DNA of 64,000 nt from Carcharhinus amblyrhynchos (taxonomy: Eukaryota): NCBI GenBank assembly GCA_965287045.1, contig OZ336872.1, forward strand, positions 29,574,001 through 29,638,000. The letters run 5' to 3'. The notes beneath the pieces are model-generated. The model was given only the letters and a program-made list of their open reading frames with translations. It did no database searches and was not told where the DNA came from. A program made the translations under genes and the position numbers. Within the stretch, counting starts at the first letter, position 1; every line of letters begins with the position of its first letter. Below are positions 1 to 10,745 of the stretch, piece after piece.

Positions 1-25
1 GATTTAAAGCCAAACGGAATAAAAT

Positions 26-106
26 AATATTAGTAATAGTAATATTAGTAATAGTAATATTAGTAATAGTAATATTAGTAATAGTAATATTAGTAATAGT
101 AATATT
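26..106. repeat. Minisatellite, 15-bp unit AATATTAGTAATAGT, ~5.4 perfect copies
   Basis: Unit repeats exactly at 26, 41, 56, 71, 86, with a partial copy at 101-106. Confidence 0.95.
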
Positions 107-149
107 GCACATCTGCAGCTAATTTAATTGAAATTGTCAATCTAAATGG

Positions 150-262
150 TGCAGAAATCAAAAGAGAAAATGCTGGAAAATGTCAACTGGTCTGGCAGCA
201 TCTGTAAGGAAAGAAAAGAGCTGACATTTCAAGTCCAATTTTGTCAAAGTTGACCCTTTTGA
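150..262 (-). mobile_element. Penelope-like element terminal-repeat fragment (family P3), decayed
   Basis: gaaaatgctggaaaatgtcaactggtctggcagcatctg motif recurs near 10650 and 31365; the minus strand carries a degenerate TTGACAA..GAAATGTC hammerhead-like core. Confidence 0.6.
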
Positions 263-369
263 CAGTCCTAACCTGTTTTAACAGTGTTGTATTTACTTAG
301 TGAAGCTCAATATTACCACTGAACAGTTTTGCAATGCAGAGAAATAAAGATAGACTTGGCCTTACTCAC

Positions 370-409
370 CTTCACTTTCCATAGATGGATTGGTATGCAA
401 AGTGGTCAT
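370..409 (-). CDS. Candidate first coding exon (MTTLHTNPSMESE, phase-1 end) of an unidentified gene continuing left of the window; the exon would span 462-370
   Basis: Strong donor AAG|GTGAGT at 370/369, acceptor TTATAG| at 463/462, in-frame TGA upstream of the ATG at 409. No homology recognised. Confidence 0.3.
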
Positions 410-714
410 GGGAAATCTCTTAGAATTTTTAAGATGACACCAAAGTCAGAAAACTCTGCAGCCTATAATTAAGCTCTGATAGGAGATGTTGCAAATATGA
501 AAAAATATTCTTAGGCTTCTTTCTGGTCAGCTTTTCTCTGACATCATTGACTATTCTCTGTGGATTGATGGGTTTTAGATACACTTCGCCAAGTGTGCCA
601 TATTTCAAGTGCAACATGGACTGAGAACTGATTGCTAAGGGGGTGGTCTAGTGTAAGGGTCTGATAGGTGCGGGACTCAGCAGAGTGTGGTTTCATTCCT
701 TTGTGTTTTCTTTG

Positions 715-1035
715 CAGTGGTTGAATGCAACTGAGTGACTTGCTAGGCCATTTCAAAGGGCAGTTAAGAAGCAACTGTATTTCTATGGGTCTGGAGTGAC
801 ATGTAGGCCAGCCCTGGTAAGGACGACAGATTTCCTTCTGTAAAGGACATTAGTGAATCCATTGGGTTTTACAACAGTCAACAATGGTTGCATGCTCATC
901 AGTAAACTTTTAATTCCAGATGTTCCATTGAATTTAAATCCCACAATCTGGTGTGGTGGGATTCGAACCTGGGTCCCCAGAGAATTATCCCAGGTCTCTG
1001 GATTGCTACTCAAGTGACAAACAACATTGCGTCAA
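715..1035 (-). mobile_element. tRNA-headed SINE family B
   Basis: gggtctggagtgacatgtaggcc...gggattcgaacctgggtcccc (B-box-like); same family at 24778, 28375 and 29657. Confidence 0.8.
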
Positions 1036-1065
1036 CACCTGTATGGCATATACCCTATTTAATCC

Positions 1066-1378
1066 TTTGGATTTGATTTATTACTGTCACATGAACTGGG
1101 ATATAGTGAAAAGTATTGTTTTTTGCATGCTATACAGACAAAACATACCGTTCATAGAGAAGGAAACAAGAGTGCAGAATGTAGTGTTACAGTCATAGCT
1201 AGGGTGGAGAGAAAAATCAACTTAATGCAAGGTAGGTCCATTCAAAAGTCTGGTGGCAGCAGGGAAGAAGCTGTTCTTGTCTCAGTTGGTACGCGACCTC
1301 AGACTTTTGTATCTTTTTCCTGATGGAAAAAGACAGAAGGGAGAATGTCCGGGGTGTGTGCAGTCCTTTGTAATTATG
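1066..1378 (-). mobile_element. Rex1/Babar-type LINE 3' fragment
   Basis: (TTTGA)n tail plus the antisense of the LKNSFFPAA-type C-terminus; 7 more copies in the window. Confidence 0.8.
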
Positions 1379-2423
1379 GTTACAGTATTTTGTTTTAAAT
1401 TGAAGGATGTCACGGCAAAAATATTGCAGTCCATCTCTCAACGACATATCCTGGTACTCTTAGTATTCTCTCTCTAAGCCTGGGTTTCTTTCCTGCACAG
1501 ATCTGTTTCGGCACCTGCTCAGAATCAAGTCTTTTCCCCCCATTAAGGGGAAAGTGTGCACATGATCCCATGTTTATTGTCCTTATATACTGGCCAATTG
1601 GATGCCAAGTCAAATTAAGCACATCTAATTGTACTTTCCTGTTGCAACTATATCTTTCTAAATTCAAAATCCTGGACTGTGTTTTCCAGTATTCAAACAT
1701 TTAAAGTTTTGTTGCTCTCCATATCAGTTTAAATACAGCATTAAGGTCTGTGACATATGTTATACATCATTGACGGAAATGTATTTTCAGTATTTGTTTT
1801 CTCAGAATGTCTTGCAGCATTTTCAGTGTTTAGTGTGGACAAAATGCAACTGGAGAGTCGTTCCAAAAATGTTCCTATCCAAATACGCATCATTATTTTG
1901 CGTCAGGGATAAACATTTAAATGTAATGGCCTGGAACTTCTACTCAGCTATGCTAACTGTTAGTGTAATTCCCCGTCAGCATGGCCATTGCAAAAGATAA
2001 ATGAACCATAAAATCCCTACAATACAGAAACAGGCCATCCAAGCCACCAAGTTTGCACTGACTCTGGGAGAAAGAGCACGCCACCCAGACCCTCCCCTTT
2101 CCTCCCCTGCCCTATCCCTGTAACCCCATGCATTTAACATGGTCATTCCACTTAACCTGCACATCTTCGCACTGTGGGAGGAACTGAATGGTCTTTTTTT
2201 AGAGACAGACAACATGGTTTGTACAAGGGAGGCCATGTCTCACTAATTTGATTGAGTTTTCTTTGAGGAGGTGACAAAAATAATTGACAAGGGAAGGGTT
2301 GTGGCCGTCATCCGCACAGACTTTAAGTAAAGCATTTGCCCAGGTCCCTCATGGCAAGCTGATGCAAAAGGTTCAATTGCATGGGATCAAGGGTGAACTA
2401 GCTAGATGGGTTCAGAACTGGCT

Positions 2424-2460
2424 TTTTAACCTGGTGTTGTGAGACTTCTTACTGTGTTTA
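2424..2460 (+). mobile_element. Short Penelope-like terminal fragment (family P1) inside CR1
   Basis: ttaacctggtgttgtgagacttcttactgtg matches 13393-13421 and the reverse complement of 31559-31585. Confidence 0.75.
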
Positions 2461-3002
2461 GCCTTAGAAATCAGAGGGTAGTGGTGGAAGGGTGTTTTTC
2501 TGAATGGAGGTCTGTAACTAGTAGTGCTCCGCAGGGATCAGTCCTGGGACTTCAGTTGTTTGTGTTATATAGAAATGATTTGGAAAAAAAATGTAGCTGT
2601 CTGATTCAAAAGTTTGCAGATGGTACTAAGATTGCTGGAATCACGGATAGTGATGAAGATTGTCAGAGAATACAGCAGGATATAGATGGGCTGGAAAATT
2701 GGGCAGAGAAGTGGCAGGTGCAATTTAATTCAGACAAATGCGAAGTAATGCATTTTGATAAACCCAATTCTGGTGGGAGCTATAAACTAATTGGCAGAAC
2801 CATCAGGGCATAGACATACAGATCTGGGAGTATAGGTCCTCAGATCCTTAAAAGTGGCAGCACAAATGGAAAAGGTGATGAAGAAAACATGTGGCATACT
2901 TACCTTTATTGGCCAAGGCATTGAGTAAAAAAGTTGGCAAATTATGTTACAGTTATATAAAAACATTGATTAGGCCACATCTGGAATACTGTGGCCAGTT
3001 CT

Positions 3003-3717
3003 AAGAACATAAGAAATAGGAGCAGGAGTAGGCCATCTAGCCCTTCGAGCCTGCCCCGCCATTCAATAAGATCATGGCTGATCTGTCGCTGCTCAGTTCC
3101 ACATTCCCGCCCTCTCCCCATAACCCTTAATCCCCTCGCTTATCAAAAACCCATCAACCCGCGTCTTAAAAATATTTAGCGAGGCAGCCTCCACCACTTC
3201 AACGGGCAGAGAATTCCAGAGATTCACCACCCTTTGAGTGAAGAAGTTCTTCCTCAACTCCGTTCTAAACCGTCCCCCCCTTTATCTTGAGGCTGTGCCC
3301 CCTAGTCCTATTATCCTTTCTGAGCGGGAAGAGTCTCTCCACCTCTATCCTATCCATCCCATTCATCATCTTATACGTCTCAATGAGATCTCCCCTCATT
3401 CTTCTAAACTCTAACGAGTACAAGCCTAGTTTATTCAGCCTCTCCTCATAGCTCAACCCCCTCAACTCCGGCATCAGCCTAGTAAACCTCCTCTGCACTC
3501 CCTCCAAGGCCAAAATATCCTTGCGTAAGTACGGCGACCAAAACTGCACACAGTACTCCAGCTGCAGCCTCACCAATGCCCTATACAGCTGCAGCAAGAC
3601 CTCCCTACTTTTATATTCAATCCCCTTCGCTATGAAGGCCAGCATCCCATTCGCCTTCCTGACCACCTGCTGCACCTGCAGGCTGGGTTTTTGCGACTCA
3701 TGCACAAGGACCCCGAG
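3003..3717 (-). mobile_element. Young CR1 subfamily, 3' fragment nested in older CR1
   Basis: ORF 3265-3705 (LYRALVR..LEYCVQFWSP..RRMRGDLIETYK), AAGAACAT tail, GTTCT duplicated at 2998-3002 and 3718-3722. Confidence 0.95.
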
Positions 3718-5059
3718 GTTCTGGTCATCACACTACCAGAAGGAGGTGGAAACTTTGGAGGGAGTTTACAGAAAAGGTTTACCAGGGTGTTGCCTGGTAT
3801 GGAGGTTATTAGCTACAAGGAGAGATTGAATAAACTGGGATTGCTCTCCCTGGAAAGATGGAGGCTTGAGGGGCCACCTGATAAAAGTTTATAAAATTAT
3901 GAGGGGCACAAATAAGGTGAAGAGTTGGAAGCTTTTTTTCCCAGGGCAGAAATGATAATTACAAAGGGGGCATAGTTCAAGATAAGGGGGGAAAGGTTCA
4001 GTAGAGAAGTGCAGGTTGTTGGGGGCCTGGAATGCACTGCCAAGTGAGGTGGTTAAGGCAGACACATTAATGACATTTAACGGGTCTATCTGGATAGACA
4101 CATGAACAGGTGGGGAATCTGGGGATACAGGAGGTTGGTCTAGGTAGGACAGTGTGATCGGCGCAGGCTTGGTGGACCAAACAGCCTGGTCCTGTGCTGT
4201 CCTGGCCTTTTGTTGAAACTGGTGCACCCAGAGGAAACCGATGCAGATACAGGGGAAAAGTACAAACTCTATACAGGCAGTCACCCAAGACTGGAATCAG
4301 ACTCAGGTCCCTGGTACTCTAAGACAGCAGTGATAAACACTGCGCTGCCCATGATTTTAAGCACAAGTTGTGTTCAGCACAAATCTGGTTCCTGCAATTT
4401 TTCTGTGCTAGTTTTAAAAATATTGCACTTGAAACAGGGCCTACCCACAAAACTGGAAACCCCCCAAAGTGAATTACTACTGTTTGGAGTTTCCAGAATT
4501 GTGTTGGTTTGCAATCCTGTGAGGAGGCGCCAAACAATGAACTTGAACTTTTGGATGCAAGAACTCTGTTTTCAACTTTTTAAACATTCTTTAAATAAAC
4601 TTTTGTTTGAATTCACTAAGTAATTCCCTACTGTATCCCAACCTAACAAGAAAATCCTTTATTTTAAGCACTCTTTTCCAGTTATTTAAAATCAAGTTAC
4701 CCACAGATACTGGATTGACACAGATTTAAACTTTTTTTTAAAATGTGATATCCATTTCCAGCTGTTTCAATCAACATTTCCCAAGTCATCACTCTTCACC
4801 GTATCAAAGAATGTTTAACAGAAAATCTTTTTTGAAACAAAAACTCTGATTTTTTTTTAAATTGCCCAACAGGGCCAGTACACGTCAGGTTCAGTGTTTG
4901 GTGGAATCCAAATGAGTCTGAGCAGAAACACAGGGAAAAGAAATGCTTGAAAATAAGCACCATCATGGGTGTGACTTCCACCACAATTGTTGATTCTGCT
5001 CCGAGTGGGAACTCTGCCCATACATATATATCTGAACAATGTAGAGATCCAGTACTTGG

Positions 5060-5420
5060 AGTCTTGCCAACAAATTTACCCAAATTTATCCTCCCATGTT
5101 CAGCACATAGCAATCCGTCTGATTGCAGAGCTGGAGAATGTTACAGGGATTGGAGGGGTGAGGCCATGGATGGATTGAACCACAAGGATGAGAATTTAAA
5201 ACAAAAGTCAAGATGTTGTTTACCAGAAGCCAATGTAGGTCAGAGGGCACAGAGGTGGTGGGTGAACAGCACTTGGTAGGGCTTTGGACAGCAGAGTTTG
5301 GAATGACCCCAAGTTCATGAAGGAAAGAATGTATGTAGCCAGCTAGGTATGCATTGGAGTAGTCATATCTTGAGAGAATAAAGGCTGATGGGACCTCTAG
5401 CAGCCGATGAGCTTTGGTAG
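5060..5420 (-). mobile_element. L2-type LINE 3' fragment, decayed
   Basis: Antisense of an L2-like 3' region (gaggggtgaggccatggatggattgaaccacaaggatgagaattt), similar to 38300-38500. Confidence 0.55.
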
Positions 5421-6149
5421 CGCAGTGTAGGAGTTGGAGGTGTGATTCGGTAATACGATTATCTCACCACCCCACCAGTGTGGGTGAGGAAAGCCTTGAA
5501 AGACGTTGTCAACCCTCAGAGCCAGGCTTGTCAGGGCGTCATGATGTTGGTGCAATTATTCACAATAAAGTTCATGAATAGGAAAGTCCTTGATCACAAG
5601 TGAATGGATAATGTTGGCAAAGTCCACTGGCAAAGTTCAGAGGGTGAGCAAAGGGAGGGATTAGCTGGATGGCAAAGAGATTGGCAAGATGAACAACGTT
5701 TACCACAACGGTCAAGAAAAGGTCAGCAGGTGGGCCTAACATTACAGCTTCTAGGACACAGGCTACAGGAGATACAGGTACTGTAACCATGGGGCTGGCA
5801 AACTCAGTGACACAGCGCAGGTGTCAAATTAATGGGTGTGCATTTCAACACCCTCCACAGCATCACTGTGAAGCCATGTATGATCACAAGCTGCTTTCAC
5901 TACCTAATTAGTGGCTGATCTGTTCAACTATTTGCAGCTTGTACCCTCCTTTATCATGGAGGCAGAGGGGGTAGGGGAGCAAACAGCATTGGAGCCCTTC
6001 CAGATGGTGAACCACCCTCTGCCCTGCCCCCATCAAAGCATATACAGGGAATATAGGTTGGAAACCAGATGTCCCAGCTTTGCAAAATGTCCTGGTGTCC
6101 TAATAGTTTTCTCCAATCACTCTAATGTCTCAGTTTTGAAATCCCCTGA

Positions 6150-7106
6150 GTAACTCAGCTCTCATGTTCCAGTTACTGTTAACAAACCCAAGCCCTCTTG
6201 CACTGCACTGCAGGTGTGAATTTCTTGTCTCTGAGAATTGCTGCATCCAGCTATTTCATGCAGTTTTACACATCCCATGTCTACTTTGTTCTCAAACTCG
6301 TCGTCACCTTCCAGGTTATGGTTTATTTTCCTTCTCGTTCACCCTGTTGCTCCATTTCTGCTAACTTGTTTACCATCTACCTTTTTTGTTTTGCACATCT
6401 TTTCCCAGAGATTCGGCTTTCTAAAAATTCTGCAGCTTGACCCATATGTGGGACGTTTCCTTGTTCGTGAACATATAGGTTGTCTACACTCTTGCACATC
6501 ACTCTCTCTGCCTGGTGTACATTCTTCTGTTGCTGTTTCACTACATCAACCCTGCTCTCGTTCTCTTGACTTAGCTGAAGGCTGGCCGGTTGGGTAGTCA
6601 ATACCTTCATCTGTCTACTCATTACTTCGTGATCTGACAGTGTCTTCCACTCATGATGCTCTGAACATATCCTTTCCAATCAAATCTTTTTATACTCAAG
6701 TGTGCTCAGAACCCCAAATGAGCTGATCTATCAGCCTATTTCCTTGAATTTAGATTTTCTGGCTGCATCTCTCAAACTTGTTAAGAGATCGTCAACAGGC
6801 TCACCTGATTGCTGCTTTGAAATTCATTCTGGCGAATTCAACGATTTGACTTTGGCTGGAGATGCTGAATGTGTGCTACTTTTACAAAATTGTCTGGAGT
6901 TTTACTGCCACCTTCCCTCAGCTGTTAAATATATATAACCCTTTTTCTCCTGGCAACAAAGGTAGTGGACCCCTTCCTCTTGGCTACTGCCTTTTAGAAA
7001 GCTACTGGATGTCAGCCTGCACTGTTAGTTACTTCTCAAATGTCTCCACAGTACCATCAGCTTCCCAATTCATCATGGGCTGAAGCTGTGCACTCATTGT
7101 TGCCAT
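6150..7106 (-). pseudogene. Gypsy/Ty3 LTR-retrotransposon gag relic with frameshifts and stops
   Basis: Stitched minus-strand translation gives MATMSAQLQPMMNWEADG..GEKGLYIFNS..QQSGEPVDDLLTSLRDAARKSKF..LIDQLIWG, then a decayed zinc knuckle (PTYGSSCR..RKPNLWEKMCK, ~6390-6500). Confidence 0.75.
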
Positions 7107-7244
7107 AGTCACCACTGCCATTTCATTTTTGCACAATTCACTTAGCTTTTTCTCTTACTCAGGCAGTAACTCATGTTGACTCTTCTCAAACCAACTTAAC
7201 ATGAAAGCAGATTTAAATGTTTGGATCTCAGTCACAGGTGCACT

Positions 7245-7256
7245 CCACTGCCACCA
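7245..7256 (-). promoter_or_regulatory. Primer-binding site (tRNA-Leu type) of the Gypsy relic; the 5' LTR ends at 7257 and extends rightward, far boundary unresolved
   Basis: Minus strand reads ...CAACA|TGGTGGCAGTGG, i.e. an LTR-terminal CA followed by the complement of a tRNA-Leu 3' end (CCACTGCCA-CCA), about 140 bp upstream of the gag ATG. Confidence 0.7.
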
Positions 7257-7602
7257 TGTTGCGTCTTCTGGAACTCTGAGTTTGAAATAATCATTGACAT
7301 GCTGGAGTTCCATTGAGTGCATTTCTTACAGTTCTCCACATGACTGGCGGACTGATACAATGATGCTAGGCACCTGACTGCTGTGCGGCAACAAATGCGG
7401 CACCCTGGATGTTCATGCATGTAACTATCAGTTCCTATTTCTTTACGAATATCAAAGCAAACCACTACATTTTCTCATCAGAATACTGCTTTTATACATC
7501 ATGAGGTGCTGAAAATGTAAGGTGTAAAATGTTGATGAGGTTTCATTGGTGCTGGATAAGAAAAGTAATTTTGTAATTGTCATAGTTTTTGAACCTTCCA
7601 TT

Positions 7603-8115
7603 CATAGAGTCATAAAGTTAAACAGCATGAAAACAGGCCCTTCGGCCCAACTCGAACATGCCAAGCAGGCTTCTTAAACTGAACTAGTCCCATTTGCCTG
7701 CATTTGGCCAATATCCCTCTAAATGTTTCCCATCCATGACTGTCTTTTAAATGTTGTAACTGTACCCACCTCTACCACCACCTCTGGCAGCTCATGCCAT
7801 ACACACATCACCCTCCATGCAAAATAGTTGCCCCTCAGGCCCCTTTCATCTTAAACCTATGCCCTCTAATTTTGGACTCCCCTACTCTGGGGGAAATATT
7901 TTGACTATTCAACCTATCTATGCTTCTCATGCTTTTATAAACATTTATAAAGGTCACCCCTCGTCCTCCTATGCTCCAGAGAATAAAGTCCCGGCCTATC
8001 CAGCCTCTCCTTATAATTCAAACCTTCCAGTCCTGGTAACATGCTTGCAAATCTTTTCTGCATCCTTTCCAGTTTAATAATATCTTTCCTATAGCAAGGC
8101 GACCAGAATTGTATG
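7603..8115 (-). mobile_element. CR1 LINE 3' fragment
   Basis: catagagtcata tail, aggcccttcggccc, and the antisense of the CR1 ORF2 C-terminus. Confidence 0.85.
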
Positions 8116-8179
8116 CAATTTTACACAATTACAAAGATACAGCAAGATACAGATTTGGCTTTTTTTCTGTCTAAAATAG

Positions 8180-8289
8180 TGCTCGGGATTTCCCAGCCCC
8201 AGCGAGGTGGGATCCGCCAGCCAAAATTCCATCAACTTTCAGTGGAACCGGATAATCCCAGTAACGAGCCGGACCAGAAGTTCCTGCCC
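8180..8289. mobile_element. Short MITE-like element with Harbinger-style imperfect ends
   Basis: gctcgggatttccc...gaagttcctgccc termini; similar short elements at 21769, 31800 and 55697. Confidence 0.45.
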
Positions 8290-8969
8290 ACTGAATTTAT
8301 GCAGTTTGATTTTATTGTTGTACACCGAGGGCAGGGTCCTCGTCAAGCGAGACCTGTAAGCTCTTTGTTTCAACCAGATTCATCAAGTTCTTGCAGAGAA
8401 GCAAAGGATCAGTATGTGCACAGTCACAGCAGCAAGATTTTTTTCGTTATCTATTATAAGCACCGGAAGCAAGAGCTAAGATGGAAGGAAAATGAGATAC
8501 ATTTCCTCCTGTTGCCTGTTTTTGTAGGCTGACGTTTCTGACCAGGGAACTCACTCGTGATGCAATGTCAAGCAAATCTGGTCGTGAGGAAACTTTCAAA
8601 GATAGAAATAAGAAACAAATATTAGAATTTGACAGTTTAAAACTGTCATACTCAAGTCTGGCAGAGGCTGAAAACGTTTGAAGAAAATTCCACCCAAAAA
8701 GATACATTTTGATCCATTTTGCTACAAATTTTGATGATCCTTTAGACAGTTTTATAAAGGTGCTGGATAACTTTGGTGAAAAAGCCAATTTGTTTAGTAC
8801 AACTATTTTGTTGCAAGATGAACTTTGACTCTAAGTGTAATAAATTAGTAACGATTTTCTTAAAAAAAAGTCTTGCAAGTTATCCAAGAAAACAGAGATA
8901 ACAGGAGTGCCTGGCAGTGTTGCACAGTGAAACAGAGTCATGCCAGTAAAAGAAGCAAAAGAAAAGTCC

Positions 8970-9632
8970 CGGGGCTGTTTTTAACTCTCAGAGGGAAAGC
9001 AGTGGGGCAATTAATGTCATCCATGAGGCGAAATAGCTGATATCCTGCTCCCTTCCCACTCTCTTCCATTTCAGTCTGTTCTTCCAAGCAGACAGGGAAG
9101 CCACCTTCCGGAATACCCCAGGATCCTTCCTTCAATGTCACTGGGGACCCGATTTACTTGTTCAACCAGTGGCTCAATTGGAAAGTCCTCTGTGACACTC
9201 TGGCCTGCTGACGCTAGCTAAAGAGGAGCTGGGGCCAGAAGGAGCCCAAACAGCCAACAGTTTCATTAATTCCACACGGAGCCAGAAAGATCAAGAGTGC
9301 TCTTTTGCTCTCTGCCAGAAAGGTTTGAGTGGCCACTGCCTTGGGTTGCTGCCCCCATACCACCCACCCACCCCATGCAGCATCATGTGCTAATTGCTAG
9401 GTCCCTGCCAAATATTTTCACCATCGTACGAGTGCCAGGGAGTTTGTCTGCACTGTGTGATGGCAGTTTCTTGCCTGACATTTTACTCTCGTCAAGTGCC
9501 AGCGCCCATATAGTTTGGGTGGGCAACTTACTGCAGGCAAGGCTCAGGAGTTAAAATCATCTAGGCCTTACAGTGCTACTGTTAAAATAGTTTGCCACTA
9601 GCCACAATCCTGACCTGCCTAATTTCTGCTCC
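8970..9632. mobile_element. Decayed non-autonomous DNA transposon (Harbinger-like)
   Basis: GC-richer block with gggctgtttttaactc...aatttctgctc ends. Confidence 0.4.
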
Positions 9633-9939
9633 AAATGAAAATCACTTATATAATCATTTTGAGTGAACATTTGACACCTAGTTTGTAGAATGTTTGAGCA
9701 TTTAACTCAAATCAGTTGGCTGGAGATAAGTAGGAAGGGGTGAGATTTAGCCTAATCGTAGGGTTCAAATAATGTGATTCATCAAGAATTGGAGGTATCC
9801 TTCAGATTTATGCACATACATGCCAAGTGGATCAGAGATGTGTGGAACACAATGCCCGTGTTTTTGTTTGATTCAGGTTTTCAGCAAAGTTAATCAACAA
9901 TTCAAATCATCAAATCTTACATAACATATCTTCACAGGG

Positions 9940-10053
9940 TCGTACACAAGGGAGATAGGGTAGGGAGGGGGCCTGGGTAAGATACTGTCAGAGAGTCAAT
10001 GCAGGCTTGACAGGTTGAATGGCCTTATTTTGCACTGTAGGAATTCTATGATT
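9940..10053 (+). mobile_element. HE1-type SINE 3' part (CTATGATT tail)
   Basis: gggcctgggtaagatact...gcactgtaggaattctatgatt. Confidence 0.75.
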
Positions 10054-10064
10054 ATAAAATTTTT

Positions 10065-10365
10065 AAGTTTATTAGGTTCACAAATAGGCTTACAATAACA
10101 TTGCAATGAAGTTACTGTGAAAATCCCCTAGTCGCCACATCCAGAGCCTGTTCGGGTATACTGAGGGAGAATTTAGTATAACCAATGCACCTAACCAACA
10201 CGGCTTTCGGACTGCGAGTAGAATCCAGAGGAAGCCCATGCAGACACAGGGAGAACGTGCAGACTCCGCACAGACAGTGACCCAAGCCAGGAATCGAACC
10301 CGGGTCCCTGGCGTGGAGAGGTAGCAATGCTAACCACTGTGCCACCGTTTTGCCTCATGCCACCC
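10065..10365 (-). mobile_element. HE1/V-type SINE with the alternative (AATAAACT) tail
   Basis: A/B-box tRNA head (ggtggcacagtggttagc, gggttcgattcc) and ctaggggattttcacagtaacttcattgc tail. Confidence 0.9.
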
Positions 10366-10644
10366 TACATTATAATACCAGGGCAAGATGCAGTTGGAGA
10401 GATAGTGGTTGTAAATCAGTTGAAGAATGTGGCCTCTTACATATTAGTGTCACTTCACTACATTTCTTAAGACTAGAGTGGTTAGCATTAAGGAAACAAG
10501 ACGCTAGTTCATTGTAGATTATCTCTTAGAAGGGAACCTTACACACGATGACAGTGTGAAAGTTTCAGCTGAATAGGAAGAATAGGTGAAGACTGATTCC
10601 GGTAATTTACAACGAGTTTGTTCATTTAAAAGAGCGTTTTATTC

Positions 10645-10745
10645 AGATGAAAAGACAGAAAATGCCAGGAATATTCAGTAGGTCAGTTAAGATTTATGGA
10701 GAGAACAGACAGTTAATGTTTCAGATAAGAATCCTCTACAAATCA
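10645..10745 (-). mobile_element. Penelope-like terminal fragment (family P3), decayed
   Basis: acagaaaatgccaggaatattcagtaggtcag...gttaatgtttcag, similar to 150-262. Confidence 0.5.

Larger units (their letters stand above)
2187..4214 (+). mobile_element. CR1 LINE, 5'-truncated and decayed (RT to 3' end), itself interrupted
   Basis: ORF 2439-2813 has PQGSVLG, KFADGTK and KCEVMHF RT motifs; sequence resumes after 3717. Confidence 0.92.
2007..4350 (-). mobile_element. HE1/V-type tRNA SINE split in two (2007-2186 and 4215-4350) by a CR1 insertion
   Basis: The halves join at ctgtgggag-gaa(a)ctg-gtgcacccagaggaaacc, matching intact copies of the same SINE elsewhere in the window. Confidence 0.8.

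Noticed and set aside
26-106. Regular repeats as a CRISPR array
   Set aside because: Head-to-tail 15-mers with no spacers, no cas genes and a eukaryotic context.
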